Shown: positions 27,063-37,484 of the stretch, piece by piece
How positions within the stretch are numbered: the stretch's first letter is position 1
Layout: each line of letters opens with the position of its first letter
Assembly: GCA_045863235.1 (NCBI GenBank)
Contig: BTUM01000026.1
Span: 21,468-85,467 of the forward strand
DNA from: Candidatus Xenobia bacterium
GTDB taxonomy: Bacteria > Vulcanimicrobiota > Xenobia > Xenobiales > QWHO01
Length of the DNA stretch: 64,000 bases
Direction of reading: 5' to 3'
Made by a program: the position numbers and the translations under genes
The notes under the pieces: generated by a model
The model's input: only the letters and a program-made list of their open reading frames with translations
What the model was told of the DNA's origin: nothing
Databases searched by the model: none

Positions 27063-28796
27063 TTAAGGCGAGGGCGCTCCGGGAGTGGCAGCGGGCGGCT
27101 CGTCGTGTTGGGTGGTGTAGCGACCGGCCTGGTAACCGGCCACCAGCACCAGCAACAGGAGAATCAGCAGCAAGAGCGTGCGCCGCAGTGGCCTGGGAGC
27201 CTCGTCCTCGTCCGGCTCGGGCGCCGACTGAGCCGGCGCCCGAAACGAAGCCGGCGGGCGCGGCCCTTTCGACGGTTGCTGCTTCCCGGACGACGGCTTC
27301 TCGGAGCCCGCAGGCCGGGGTTTCTCGGGGCCCGAGACAGCAGGCTGTGGCCCCGACGACGGTTTCTCGGGGCCCGAGGCCGCAGGCTGTGGCCCCGACG
27401 ACCGGGGTTTCTCGGGTCCCGAGACCGCAGGTCGCTCCGACGACGAGGGAGTCGGCCGTTTCTCCGACTCAGGCGCCTGAGCCGGCTTCTCCGGCCGAAC
27501 CGGAGGTGGACTCTCCTCGTCCTCGGTGTTGGGCAGAGGCACGCCACCCAGCACCTCCTCATCCGGTCCCGCGGGAGCGGCCGCCGCAGGCGTCTGCTTC
27601 AGAGCGATAGGCACGGGGATCTCGTCTGAGCTCGAGACGGGCATGGCCGGCACGGGACGTGAGCGGGGGAAGGAGGCGCCCGAAAGCCGGGGTGGCACCA
27701 CCTGGTGGCGCACTCCCTCGCTACGCTTGGGAAAGACAGGAGGCCGAGGACGGGGAACCCAGCGGGGGGGACCCTCGGCCGGGGACCGCCCCTCGGCCGG
27801 CGGCGAAGGAGTAAACGGCCGAACCGGCGCCACCGGCATGGGCGCAGCCGGAGCCAGCGGGGGCAACCCCCCCCAGGGAACCGGCTCGGCCGGCTCGGAC
27901 TCCGGCACCGGCTCGCTGGCGACCGTCGTTACGGGGACCGGCTCGACCAGCTCGACCACGGACAGGGCCGTCGGAAGGAAGGTTCCCTTGCGCTCCAGCC
28001 AGGACTGCAGGGCCTCGCCCATTTCGCGAGCGCTCTGAAAGCGCTTTTCGGGCAGAAAGGCGCAGGCCCGGTCGACCAGCGAGGCCAGCTCCTCCTCGGC
28101 CTCGGGATAAAGGTCGTGCAAGGGCGGAATTCCCAGCGGGACGGGCGGCTCGCCCGAAAGCAGCTGACTCAGGGTAGCGCCCAGCGAATAAAGGTCTGAG
28201 CGAGCGTCGGCCCGGCCCTGGGTCAACTCCAGGGGAGAGTAGCCCCCGGCGGCCTGAGCTGTCATGGGGGGGCGGGGACCGGGCCGGGCCAGCCCGTAGC
28301 CCACCAGCCGCACCGAGCCGGTGCTCGCATCGCGGATCAGGTTGGCCGGCTTGATGTCCCCGTGCAGGATCGGAGGCTCGAGCCCGTGCATCTCGTCGAG
28401 CACCTCGAGCACGTCCAGGATCTGGTAGATCAGCTCCTCGGCCGGCATGGGCTGCCCGCTGGCAGCCACACACTCGGCCAGCTCCTGCTCCAGCGTCACG
28501 CCCTCCACGAAGTCGGTCACGATATAGGCGAGCCCGTTGAGGTAGTGAAAGTCGCGCAGGCGAGCCAGGCTGGGATGCTGCACTCGGGTCAGGAGCTTCT
28601 TCTCCTCCTCGAACCAGGCCAGAATCTCCATGAGCTCGCTGGAGGGAAGCTCGGGCACGGAGCATTCGCGCAAAACGCACTGCGACCCGCCCAGCCGACA
28701 GTCCTCGGCCAGGTAGGTCGAACCGCTCTTTCTCGAGTGCAGGGGTCGGAGGATTCGATAACGGTCCCCCACCACCACCCCTGGCTGCAGTGCCAC
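27063..28796 (-). CDS. Hanks-type Ser/Thr kinase-like protein (probable pseudokinase) with Pro-rich linker and C-terminal TM
   Basis: HGDIKPANL, YSPLE, SDLYSLG, KRFQSA; GTG start inferred. Confidence 0.85.
   Translation of the reverse strand: MALQPGVVVGDRYRILRPLHSRKSGSTYLAEDCRLGGSQCVLRECSVPELPSSELMEILAWFEEEKKLLTRVQHPSLARLRDFHYLNGLAYIVTDFVEGVTLEQELAECVAASGQPMPAEELIYQILDVLEVLDEMHGLEPPILHGDIKPANLIRDASTGSVRLVGYGLARPGPRPPMTAQAAGGYSPLELTQGRADARSDLYSLGATLSQLLSGEPPVPLGIPPLHDLYPEAEEELASLVDRACAFLPEKRFQSAREMGEALQSWLERKGTFLPTALSVVELVEPVPVTTVASEPVPESEPAEPVPWGGLPPLAPAAPMPVAPVRPFTPSPPAEGRSPAEGPPRWVPRPRPPVFPKRSEGVRHQVVPPRLSGASFPRSRPVPAMPVSSSDEIPVPIALKQTPAAAAPAGPDEEVLGGVPLPNTEDEESPPPVRPEKPAQAPESEKRPTPSSSERPAVSGPEKPRSSGPQPAASGPEKPSSGPQPAVSGPEKPRPAGSEKPSSGKQQPSKGPRPPASFRAPAQSAPEPDEDEAPRPLRRTLLLLILLLLVLVAGYQAGRYTTQHDEPPAATPGAPSP
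27319..27431. repeat. ~2.6 copies of a 42-bp coding tandem repeat (SGPEKP-SSGPQPA)
   Basis: GGTTTCTCGGGGCCCGAG..GCAGGCTGTGGCCCCGACGAC at 27319 and 27361, partial at 27406. Confidence 0.85.
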
Positions 28797-28834
28797 AGCT
28801 CTCGTGTTCTGCGCCTGCGGGAGGAGGCCCTCCG

Positions 28835-29218
28835 TTACCAGATGCCGAGGTAGGCTTTGGCTTCCTCGCTGGCGTGCACGCTCGGGTCCCAGCGGGGCTT
28901 CCAGACCAGCTTGACGTCGCATTCCTGAACGCCGGTCAAGCGCTTGACCGTCATCCAGACGGCGCTGGTGATCTCAGGGCCCATCGGGCAGCCCGGACTG
29001 GTGAGCGTCATGTTGACGTCGACCGTCTTGTCGCTCTTGGGCAGAATCTGGTAGATCAGGCCAAGGTCGACGATGTTGATCCCGATCTCGGGGTCGATCA
29101 CCTCCTTGAGGGCCTCCCGGATCTCGGCCGCGGGGGGCAATCCCTCCACGGTCGGCCCGTCGTCCAGCGGAACCACCGTCGTCGAGGTGGTGGTCGTCTC
29201 GGTCTCCTGCTCACTCAT
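28835..29218 (-). CDS. sufT: SufT/PaaD-like (DUF59) Fe-S assembly factor
   Basis: DPEIGINIVDLGLIY, MTLTSPGCP, PRWDP. Confidence 0.9.
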   Translation of the reverse strand: MSEQETETTTTSTTVVPLDDGPTVEGLPPAAEIREALKEVIDPEIGINIVDLGLIYQILPKSDKTVDVNMTLTSPGCPMGPEITSAVWMTVKRLTGVQECDVKLVWKPRWDPSVHASEEAKAYLGIW

Positions 29219-29646
29219 CGCGCTTCCTCCAGAGCCCCCAGCATGGTATTCCAGGCCAGTAAGGCACACTTGACGCGCACCGGGTACTGGCGCACGCCAT
29301 CCAAGGCTTCCAACTCGCCCAGCTGCTCGGGGCAAGGGTCGGTATCGTTGCGGTTCAGCATCCGCTTCTTGAAGGTGTCGGCCAGCTCGCGCACCTCGGC
29401 CAGGGTCTTGCCCTCGATGAGCGAGGTGAGCATGGAGGCCGAGGCCAGGCTGATGGAGCAACCCACCCCCTCGAAGGCGGCCTTGACCACCCGATCGTCC
29501 TGGACGTCAAGCTCCACCGTCACAGCGTCTCCACAGGTCGGGTTGACCCCCTCCTGGCGAAAGGTGGGGGTCTCGAGCTTGCCCTTGCAGCGGGGATGGG
29601 CGTAGTGCTCGAGGATGATCTCACGATACAGGTCGTCTGAGATCAA
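29215..29646 (-). CDS. sufU: SUF system NifU-family sulfur transfer protein
   Basis: LYREIILEHY, NPTCGD, GCSISLASAS, RVKCALLAW. Confidence 0.95.
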   Translation of the reverse strand: MISDDLYREIILEHYAHPRCKGKLETPTFRQEGVNPTCGDAVTVELDVQDDRVVKAAFEGVGCSISLASASMLTSLIEGKTLAEVRELADTFKKRMLNRNDTDPCPEQLGELEALDGVRQYPVRVKCALLAWNTMLGALEEAR

Positions 29647-30869
29647 AAGAGCACCCCCTTGAACACCTGAGAAGCCTTCTCCAGCGCCACGGCCAGCCGG
29701 TCAATGTCAGAGCGGGTATTGTAGAGCGAGAGGCTGGCCCGGGCGGTGCCGCTCATGCCGATGCGGCGCATCAGAGGTTGGCAGCAGTGGTGACCGGCCC
29801 GAATGCAGATGTTCTCGCGGTCGAGCAAGGTGGCCAGGTCGTGGGGGTGAATGCCCCGATAGGCAAAACTCATGGCTCCACTGTGCTGCTCCAGGGGGGG
29901 GGCAAGCAGCTCGAAGCCTTCCAGGGCGCCCAGGCGCTCGCGGGCGTAGGTTAGCAGGTCGAGCTCGTGCGCCCGCACGTTGGCCATGCCGACTTCGAGC
30001 AGGTACTCGGCCGCCGCCCCCATGCCCAGCACGCCCGCGATATTCGGGGTCCCAGCCTCGAACTTGAAGGGAAGGTCGTTGAAGGTGCAGCGCTCGCGCC
30101 ACACCTCGCGGATCATGTCGCCCCCGAAACGGAAGGGCGGCATGGCTTCGAGCAGCTCGCGCCGGCTCCACAGCATGCCGGTGCCAGTGGGACCCAGCAT
30201 CTTGTGGCCCGAGAAGGCCATGAAGTCACAGCCCAGCTCCTCCACTGCGCAGGGCAAATGGGGCACGCCCTGGGCCGCATCCAACAGCACGGTGGCGCCG
30301 GCCGCCCGGGCCCGACGACAGATTTCCTGCACCGGGCTGATGCTGCCGAACACGTTGGAGACCCAGGTGAAGGCCACCAGGCGCGCTCCCTCCAGCAACT
30401 CGTCCAGGTTGTCCAGCTCCAGGGTGCCATCCGGTCGGGGCTCGATCCAGCGCAACTGGGCCTGCTGGCGGGCGGCCAGGTTCTGCCAGGGCACCAGGTT
30501 CGAGTGGTGCTCGAGGCCTGTCAGCACGATGGGATCGCCAGGCAGAATGTTCTGCTCGCCCCAGGTATAGGCCACCAGGTTGATGGCGTCAGTGGTGCCC
30601 GAGGTCCAGATGCAGCAATCGGGGTCGCTGGCGCCGATCAAGCGGGCCACCGAGTGGCGGGCCAGCTCGTAGCGTCGGGTGGCCTCCTCGGACATGCGGT
30701 ACAAGCCGCGATGGATGTTGGCGCAGCACTCCTCGTAATAGGAGCGCTCGGCTTCCAACACCGAGCGTGGCTTGAGCGAGGTGGCGGCGCTGTCAAGATA
30801 GACCAGCTCGGGCTGGTTTCCCAACAGCGGGAAGTCGGACCGCCGGGACAGCTCCACCTTGACGCTCAC
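29643..30869 (-). CDS. sufS: Cysteine desulfurase
   Basis: YLDSAATS, EHHSN, SGHKMLGPTG, FEAGTP, RAGHHCCQP. Confidence 0.95.
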   Translation of the reverse strand: MSVKVELSRRSDFPLLGNQPELVYLDSAATSLKPRSVLEAERSYYEECCANIHRGLYRMSEEATRRYELARHSVARLIGASDPDCCIWTSGTTDAINLVAYTWGEQNILPGDPIVLTGLEHHSNLVPWQNLAARQQAQLRWIEPRPDGTLELDNLDELLEGARLVAFTWVSNVFGSISPVQEICRRARAAGATVLLDAAQGVPHLPCAVEELGCDFMAFSGHKMLGPTGTGMLWSRRELLEAMPPFRFGGDMIREVWRERCTFNDLPFKFEAGTPNIAGVLGMGAAAEYLLEVGMANVRAHELDLLTYARERLGALEGFELLAPPLEQHSGAMSFAYRGIHPHDLATLLDRENICIRAGHHCCQPLMRRIGMSGTARASLSLYNTRSDIDRLAVALEKASQVFKGVLF

Positions 30870-30870
30870 G

Positions 30871-31176
30871 TCAATCGACCTCCACCTTGAGCTGCCCCTG
30901 GACCTCCTCCACCGGATAGGTGGAGATGCTCACCACGGCCGGCATGCAGAGCGGCTTGCCGGTGCGCACGTCAAAGCGCGCGCCGTGGCGGGGGCACTCG
31001 ATCTCGCATCCCTCCAGGCTCCCCCCCGAGAGGGGTCCGTCGTCGTGCGAGCAGCGATTCTCCACCGCGTAGTAGCGGCCTTCCACCCGGCAGATGACCA
31101 CCTGCTCGTAGGGAGTGTCCACCACCCTCAGCTGCCCATCCTGAAGATCGGCCGCGCCGGCCGGATAGCTGGCCAT
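30871..31176 (-). CDS. Rieske [2Fe-2S] ferredoxin
   Basis: CSH..CPRH motif within the suf operon. Confidence 0.9.
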   Translation of the reverse strand: MASYPAGAADLQDGQLRVVDTPYEQVVICRVEGRYYAVENRCSHDDGPLSGGSLEGCEIECPRHGARFDVRTGKPLCMPAVVSISTYPVEEVQGQLKVEVD

Positions 31177-32345
31177 CAGCCCAGTGCCTGCGCCAGCACC
31201 TTCTCCATCTGCTCATTGAGCCAGCCCACCAGCTCCTCGTGCTCGAGCCGGCCATAGACTTCCTGGTAGAAGCCGGTGACCAGCAGGTGCTCGGCCTGCG
31301 TCTTGGTGAGTCCACGCGAGCGCAGGTAGAATTGCTGGTTAGGATCATAGGTGGCGAAGGTGGCGCCGTGGGTGCAGCGCACGTCGTTGGCGCTGATCTC
31401 GAGCTTGGGCATCGCGTCGGCGCGGGCCTTGTCGGAGAGCAGCAGGTTGCGGTTGCGCTGGTAAGCGTCGGTCTTCTGGGCCCCGTGAGCCACGGCGATG
31501 TTGCCCGCAAAGACCGAGCGAGCCCGACCGGTGAGGGCGACATGGAACAGCACGTCCGAGGTGGTGTGGGCCACGTTGTGATAGTGCAACGCGTCCGTGT
31601 CCAGGTGCTGGCGGCCCTGACCGAAGATCAGGCCCAGCATCTCGGACTTGCAGCCCTCGCCGTCCAGGTCGCCTTCCATGAAGTTCTTGCCCATCTGGCC
31701 ACCCACGCCGACGAACAGGACCCGCAGGTGGGAGTCCTTGTCCAGGCGAGCGCGCAGGATGGGCAGGTAGCGTGTGTTGGCGCCCCAGTTATGGTACACC
31801 ACGTAGTCCAGCCTGGCCCCCGCCTCCAGGAAGAGCTCGGTGACCGGGATGACCAGCGTGTCTTGATCCGAGGAGGTATAGCTCTCCACCACGATGCCCC
31901 GAGAGAAGCGACCGGCCCGGATCAGGCTGCGCGGAAAGGCCGCCCCGCCCCTGGGAACCTGATGCTCGAAGTGGAGCGGGCTCTGCAGCACTTGCTCTTT
32001 GCCCAGTTGCACGAAGGCTCCGTTGGACCAGAAGGCCTCGTTGAGCTTGGTGAAGACGTTGCGAGGAGCCAGCTGGCCCAGCTCGGCCTGCACCGGAGCG
32101 CTCCTCAAATCTCCGTGCAGCACGCCTTCGGGCAAGGCCGCGGTGCCCAGCAAGCTGGAGCTGGTGATCACCTCCGACCAGGACAACTGGCCGGGATGGA
32201 ACTTCTCGGGGGGGGTGCGCCGCCAGGCCTCATCCTTCGAGCTGGGGAAGGGCAGCTCGAGGGCTTCCTGGTAGGCTTTCTTGCGCTCGGGAGAGGCGTC
32301 CTCACCCGGCTTGAGCGCGATGGATTCAAGAACTGCGGTAGCCAT
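31176..32345 (-). CDS. sufD: Fe-S assembly protein SufD
   Basis: EAWRRT, AQKTDAYQ..NLLLS, PKLEI..DVRCTHGAT. Confidence 0.95.
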   Translation of the reverse strand: MATAVLESIALKPGEDASPERKKAYQEALELPFPSSKDEAWRRTPPEKFHPGQLSWSEVITSSSLLGTAALPEGVLHGDLRSAPVQAELGQLAPRNVFTKLNEAFWSNGAFVQLGKEQVLQSPLHFEHQVPRGGAAFPRSLIRAGRFSRGIVVESYTSSDQDTLVIPVTELFLEAGARLDYVVYHNWGANTRYLPILRARLDKDSHLRVLFVGVGGQMGKNFMEGDLDGEGCKSEMLGLIFGQGRQHLDTDALHYHNVAHTTSDVLFHVALTGRARSVFAGNIAVAHGAQKTDAYQRNRNLLLSDKARADAMPKLEISANDVRCTHGATFATYDPNQQFYLRSRGLTKTQAEHLLVTGFYQEVYGRLEHEELVGWLNEQMEKVLAQALG

Positions 32346-33754
32346 CAGCCGATCGAGCCCTCCATTTCCAACTGGATCAGCCGGTTGAGCTCGACCGCGT
32401 ATTCCAGAGGCAGCTCCTTGATGAACGGCTCGAAAAACCCGTTCACGATCATGGCGATGGCGTCGTTCTCGGACAGGCCGCGGCTCATCAGGTAGAAGAG
32501 TTGCTCGTCGCCCACCTTGCTGACCGTCGCCTCGTGGCCGATCTGCACGTCTTTGTTGTCGATCTCCATGTAGGGATAGGTGTCCGAGCGCGACTCCTCA
32601 TCGAGCAAGAGCGCGTCGCAGCGCACGTTGCACTTGATGTCGTGGGCGCCGGGGTAGACCTTGACCAGCCCGCGGTAGGAAGTGCGCCCCCCGTCCTTGG
32701 AGATGGATTTGCTGAGCACGGTGGAGGCCGTGTTGGGAGCCACGTGCACCATCTTGGCGCCGGCGTCCTGATGCTGGCCTTTGCCGGCGTAGGCGATGGA
32801 CAGCACCTCTCCGCGCGCCCCCTCCTCCATCAGGTAGACGGCCGGGTACTTCATGGTCAGCTTGGACCCGAGGTTGCCGTCCACCCACTCGACGGTTGCG
32901 TTCTTGAAGGCCTGGGCCCGCTTGGTGACCAGGTTGTAGACATTGTTGGACCAGTTTTGAATGGTCGTGTAGCGGATGGTGGAGCCTTCCATGGCGATCA
33001 GCTCGACCACCGCCGAGTGCAGCGAGTCGGTCGAGTAGATCGGGGCCGTGCACCCTTCGATGTAGTGCACGTAGGAGCCCGGCTCGGTGATGATCAGAGT
33101 GCGCTCGAACTGGCCCATGTTCTGGGCGTTGATGCGGAAATAAGCCTGCAGCGGGATCTCCACCCGGACGCCTTTGGGCACCAGGATGAAGGAGCCGCCG
33201 CTCCACACGGCCGTGTTGAGGGCAGAAAACTTGTTGTCCTCGGTAGGGATGACGGTGCCGAAGTACTTCCTGACGATGTCGGGATACTCGCGCAGGGCCG
33301 AGTCCATGTCCAGGAAGATGACGCCCTCTTTCTCGAGGTCCTCGCGGATCGAGTGATAGACGACCTCGGACTCGTACTGGGCGCTCACTCCGGCCAGGAA
33401 CTTGCGCTCGGCCTCGGGGATGCCCAGCTTGTCGAAGGTATTCTTGATGTACTCGGGGACGTCGTCCCAGTTCTTCTCGCTCTTCTCGGAGGGGCGCACG
33501 TAGTAGTGGATGTTCTCGAAGTCGATCTCCTTGAGCTCTCCGCCCCATTCGGGCAGGGGCTTGGAGTGGAACACCTCCAGGGCGTGCAGGCGGATGTCCA
33601 GCATCCACTGGGGCTCTCCCTTCATGCGAGACATCTCTAAGACCAGCTCGCGGGTGAGGCCCTTGCCTGACTTGAAGACGTAATCCTCAGCGTCGTGGAA
33701 ACCGTACTTGTATTCGTTGCCAATCTCCTGGAGGGTGGCGGCGTCGGAACTCAT
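32345..33754 (-). CDS. sufB: Fe-S assembly protein SufB
   Basis: [29 protein letters not shown]. Confidence 0.97.
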   Translation of the reverse strand: MSSDAATLQEIGNEYKYGFHDAEDYVFKSGKGLTRELVLEMSRMKGEPQWMLDIRLHALEVFHSKPLPEWGGELKEIDFENIHYYVRPSEKSEKNWDDVPEYIKNTFDKLGIPEAERKFLAGVSAQYESEVVYHSIREDLEKEGVIFLDMDSALREYPDIVRKYFGTVIPTEDNKFSALNTAVWSGGSFILVPKGVRVEIPLQAYFRINAQNMGQFERTLIITEPGSYVHYIEGCTAPIYSTDSLHSAVVELIAMEGSTIRYTTIQNWSNNVYNLVTKRAQAFKNATVEWVDGNLGSKLTMKYPAVYLMEEGARGEVLSIAYAGKGQHQDAGAKMVHVAPNTASTVLSKSISKDGGRTSYRGLVKVYPGAHDIKCNVRCDALLLDEESRSDTYPYMEIDNKDVQIGHEATVSKVGDEQLFYLMSRGLSENDAIAMIVNGFFEPFIKELPLEYAVELNRLIQLEMEGSIG

Positions 33755-33766
33755 AGCTTCTCCTCC

Positions 33767-34537
33767 TTATGCGCCGGCCGGCACGGCGTGGGCTTGCAGC
33801 AGCTCGTCATAGCCGCGCTCCTCCAGCGTCAGAGCCAGCTCGGGACCACCACTCTGGACCAGCTTGCCGTTGACCAGGACGTGCACGAAGTGCGGCTTGA
33901 TGTGGTTGAGCAGCCGCTGGTAGTGGGTGATCACCAGCACGCCCATCTCCGGGTTGATCAACTGGTTGACCCCGTCGGCCACGATGCGAAGAGCGTCGAT
34001 GTCGAGCCCGGAGTCGGTCTCGTCGAGCAGGGACAGCTTGGGGTTGAGCAGCGCCATCTGCAAGATCTCACAGCGCTTTTTCTCGCCCCCCGAGAAGCCC
34101 TCGTTGACGTAACGCTTGGCGAAGTCCTGATTGATGCCCAGCTCCTTCATGCGGCTCAGCAGCTCCTTGCGGAACTCGAGCGGCTTGACGTTCTCGGCCC
34201 CCCGGATGGCCTTCAAGGAGGCCTGCAGGAAGTTGGCCAGAGTCACACCGGGAATCGAGGTGGGGTATTGGAAGGCCAGGAAGATGCCCAGCTTGGCCCG
34301 CTCGTCGGCCTCGAGCTCGCCGAGCTCCTCTCCTTCAAACAAGATGCGACCCTTCGTCACCTCGTAGTTGGGGTGGCCCATGATGGTGTTGGACAGGGTG
34401 GACTTGCCCGATCCATTGGGGCCCATCAGGGCGTGAATCTCGCCTTTCCTCACGGTCAGGTTGACTCCGCGAAGAATCTCCTTCCCCTCCACTTCCACAT
34501 GCAGATCTTCAATCTGCAGCAACGGCGCGTCGGCCAT
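33767..34537 (-). CDS. sufC: Fe-S assembly ATPase SufC
   Basis: [38 protein letters not shown]. Confidence 0.97.
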   Translation of the reverse strand: MADAPLLQIEDLHVEVEGKEILRGVNLTVRKGEIHALMGPNGSGKSTLSNTIMGHPNYEVTKGRILFEGEELGELEADERAKLGIFLAFQYPTSIPGVTLANFLQASLKAIRGAENVKPLEFRKELLSRMKELGINQDFAKRYVNEGFSGGEKKRCEILQMALLNPKLSLLDETDSGLDIDALRIVADGVNQLINPEMGVLVITHYQRLLNHIKPHFVHVLVNGKLVQSGGPELALTLEERGYDELLQAHAVPAGA

Positions 34538-34540
34538 AGG

Positions 34541-34984
34541 TCACCTCTCCAGTCGAATGCTGACCAGTACTGGATGCGACCCCGCCAGGTCTTCCAGCGT
34601 GGTGCCATCGAGCACGGTCAGCAGAGTATTCTCAAGTTGATGGCAGAGCCTCCGGCTAAGGCACTGCGAGGCGGTGCGGCAGTCGCTCGAGCGATGCTCG
34701 GGCTGGCTGCAGAGCACCGGCTCGAGCTCGCCCTCGACCGCGCGCACGATGTCTCCCACCGTGATGCGGGCCGGTGGCTGCGCCAACCGATAGCCTCCCT
34801 TGGGACCCCGATTGGCCTCGACTAACCCCTTGCGCCGCAGCCGGTTCAGGATCTGCTCGAGGTAGCGGCGGGGGATGGCATTCTCTTCAGCCAGGACGGC
34901 CACGGTTTGAGCCGGCTGATCGAAGCGATGAGCCAGGGCGATGGCCGCCCTGAGCCCGTAGCTGCTTCTGGTCGACAGCTTCAT
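34541..34984 (-). CDS. Rrf2-family (IscR-like) transcriptional regulator
   Basis: MKLSTRSSYGLRA, YLEQIL, RGPKGGY, C-terminal Cys cluster; first gene of the suf operon. Confidence 0.9.
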   Translation of the reverse strand: MKLSTRSSYGLRAAIALAHRFDQPAQTVAVLAEENAIPRRYLEQILNRLRRKGLVEANRGPKGGYRLAQPPARITVGDIVRAVEGELEPVLCSQPEHRSSDCRTASQCLSRRLCHQLENTLLTVLDGTTLEDLAGSHPVLVSIRLER

Positions 34985-35023
34985 CAAAGCCGTGGGTTCC
35001 CTCCACTTCTCAAGCTTGAGGGC

Positions 35024-35076
35024 ATTCTACGTAATCTTGACCTCAACTGTCAATATTGACTGCAGCGGTCAAGATT
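35024..35076 (-). promoter_or_regulatory. suf operon promoter overlapped by tandem IscR type-1-like operators
   Basis: Minus strand TTGACA-N18-TAGAAT; two TTGAC-N7-GTCAA sites in AATCTTGACC..GTCAATATTGAC..GGTCAAGATT. Confidence 0.8.
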
Positions 35077-35169
35077 CCTTTCTCCAGGGGACCTGGGGAG
35101 TCTAATCGATCGAAGCAGAACTGGCAAGGAGCGAGGTGGAGAAGCGCAAGCCTGACCCGGCCGAAGGAG

Positions 35170-37317
35170 TCAGCCCTTTCGGGCCGGTCCGACCGGGGGG
35201 CGGGCGCTGGCCACCTGATAGGCAACAAGCTTCTGCTCGTTGGCGCGGGCGGCCAGATCGCGGGCCACGGGATGGCTGACCTGGTGCCCGATGGCGCGGA
35301 AGGTGTCGCTGCAGACCAGAATCTCGAAGTTGTCGGTCTGGCCGATCAACCGCTGGACCAGAGAGACGGGCCGACCCACCACTGTGTATTCGAGCCGATC
35401 ACGCGGGCCGAGCATGCCCTCGAGGGCCTCCCCGGAGGCGATGGCCATGCCCACGCCCAGCTCGGCGGAGGGGTCATCTTTGGCCAGCTTGGCGAACTCG
35501 TTCAAGCAATCGTTGGCGCAGGCCAGAGCCTGCGCCGGGTCGCAGGGGCTGTCTAATCCGAAGACGGCCAGCATGCGCTCGCCCATCACCTTGCTGAGGA
35601 TTCCCTTGTGCTCGACGATGGCGGTGGCCATCGCCTCGAAGAAGCGGTTGGCCAGGGCGGCTGTCTCATCCGGCTCGTGAGAGGAGCCGTACTGACTGAG
35701 GTTGCGCAGCTCCACCATGAGCACCGACAAGAACACCCGACCGGCGTTGCGCCGTTTGACGGGGGCCGAGCCTCCCCCGGCTCCGTGCAGCGCTTTGGCC
35801 CACTCGGAGCGGTCCACCCGGGCCAGCATGTCCAGGGCACGTTTCTCCAGGTCGGGCAGGCGCAGCTGGCGCCCAATCTGGATCGCCTCTTTGAACCGAT
35901 TCACGGCCGAGTTCCGATTGCCGGCGTCCTCAAAGGCCTGGGCCAGCTCCATGGTGCACCAGACCGTGTAGAAGCCGGGCTCCTGCCCCAGCATGACCAG
36001 CGACTTCTCCAGTTGACGGCGGGCCGCGTCGGCCTGGCCTTCGTGCCGCAACACCACGCCCTCGAACATCTCGGCCAGCCCGATCTCGAAGGGCCGACCC
36101 AGCCGCTGGGCCGTTTCCTTGAGCTGCTCAAGACACGAGCGAGACTGGGTGGTCTTGCCCTGCTCGATGAAGCACTGCACCTGCTGCAGCAGGGTCTGGC
36201 ACAGGCCCACCTTGTCGTTGGCGTTGTGGAAGAGTTGCCCGGCGTCTTCCAGGCAGGCTTCCGAGCGCATGTAATTGCCCAGCAGGCGCTGGATGCGGCC
36301 CACATGCATGAGGCCGTAGGCGCGGCCGCGGGGGTCCTGGTTGTTGGTGGCCAGTTGCAGGCCCTGCTCGAAGAACTCGGCGGCTTTCTCATACTGTCCT
36401 TCGGCCAGCAAGATCTCGCCGATGCGGGCGCAGACCTCGCTCTCCTCGCGGCCGAAACTGCCGGTGCCGCATTGCACTTTGGCTTCCTCGTAGTAGAGCA
36501 GCGCCTGGCGATAGTCGGTCAACCGATAGTGAACCTGGCCGAGCAGCAGACCGGTGCTCAGGATGCCGTGGGGAGCCCCGCACTGCTGGTAGATCTCGAG
36601 CGCCTGACGCAGCTCCTGGGTCGACTCCTGGAGCTGCTTCTTGTGCATGTGCAGCTCACCCCGGCCCCGGTAGCAGCGCGCCTCGGCCAGCTTGAAGCCG
36701 ATGTGCTTGCAGACCGTCTCGGCATTGGCGTAAGCTTTCAGGGCCTCTTCCCCCTTGCCCTCGCGGAAGAAGGCCATTCCCTGGCTGTTGTATAGCTCTG
36801 CCGTGATCACCAGGTCTTCGGTCTGGGCCGGCCCGGCTCGCAGGGCTTCAAACGACTTCAGATAAAGGTCGTGGGCTACCTTGATCTGGCCCATGAGGCA
36901 GAGAAAGTCGCCTCGCAGCAGCAGTCGGACCGCTTCCAGGCGGTGCACCAGACGCTGGTCGGGCAGATTGAGCTTGGGAATGCGGTCGAGCATGTTGGGG
37001 CCGCCCCGAAGGTCGCGCAGCTCGGCCTGCATGCGAACCTCCATGAAGCTGGCCACATGCTCGAGGTCGGGGAACCGTCCCCGGAAACGGGCTCGCAGAT
37101 GCCCGAGCGTGTGGCTGGCGCCCTTCATGTTGTAGAGCTGCACCCGGCAAGCGGCCAGCCAGATCAGGGCCAGAGCCACGTCGCGATCACTCCCGCCCGG
37201 TTGGCCGACTCTCTTCTCGAACCAGCGCTGGGCGGTCTCAAGCGAACGCTTCTCCGGATCTTCTTGATCCAGCACATGTCCCATCAGAGCCAATATGGGT
37301 CGCTCGAGATCTGGCAT
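35170..37317 (-). CDS. TPR-repeat protein with C-terminal degenerate class III nucleotide cyclase domain
   Basis: Multiple TPR helices; VLMVELRN, KVMGERMLAVFG, GMLGPRDRLEYTVVG. Confidence 0.85.
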   Translation of the reverse strand: MPDLERPILALMGHVLDQEDPEKRSLETAQRWFEKRVGQPGGSDRDVALALIWLAACRVQLYNMKGASHTLGHLRARFRGRFPDLEHVASFMEVRMQAELRDLRGGPNMLDRIPKLNLPDQRLVHRLEAVRLLLRGDFLCLMGQIKVAHDLYLKSFEALRAGPAQTEDLVITAELYNSQGMAFFREGKGEEALKAYANAETVCKHIGFKLAEARCYRGRGELHMHKKQLQESTQELRQALEIYQQCGAPHGILSTGLLLGQVHYRLTDYRQALLYYEEAKVQCGTGSFGREESEVCARIGEILLAEGQYEKAAEFFEQGLQLATNNQDPRGRAYGLMHVGRIQRLLGNYMRSEACLEDAGQLFHNANDKVGLCQTLLQQVQCFIEQGKTTQSRSCLEQLKETAQRLGRPFEIGLAEMFEGVVLRHEGQADAARRQLEKSLVMLGQEPGFYTVWCTMELAQAFEDAGNRNSAVNRFKEAIQIGRQLRLPDLEKRALDMLARVDRSEWAKALHGAGGGSAPVKRRNAGRVFLSVLMVELRNLSQYGSSHEPDETAALANRFFEAMATAIVEHKGILSKVMGERMLAVFGLDSPCDPAQALACANDCLNEFAKLAKDDPSAELGVGMAIASGEALEGMLGPRDRLEYTVVGRPVSLVQRLIGQTDNFEILVCSDTFRAIGHQVSHPVARDLAARANEQKLVAYQVASARPPVGPARKG

Positions 37318-37484
37318 ACCTCCTTAGAATTTTGGCTACCTGGCTCGCCTTCCTGCGTTCTCGTGTTAAAGATTTCGAAACACTTTCGAAACAGGCTCGC
37401 AACCAGCTGCTCATCTCCCGTTCACACCGCAGGCGTAGGCTGGAATTGGGTCCGGACCCGCACTATTCCAAAGGAGTCAATTCC

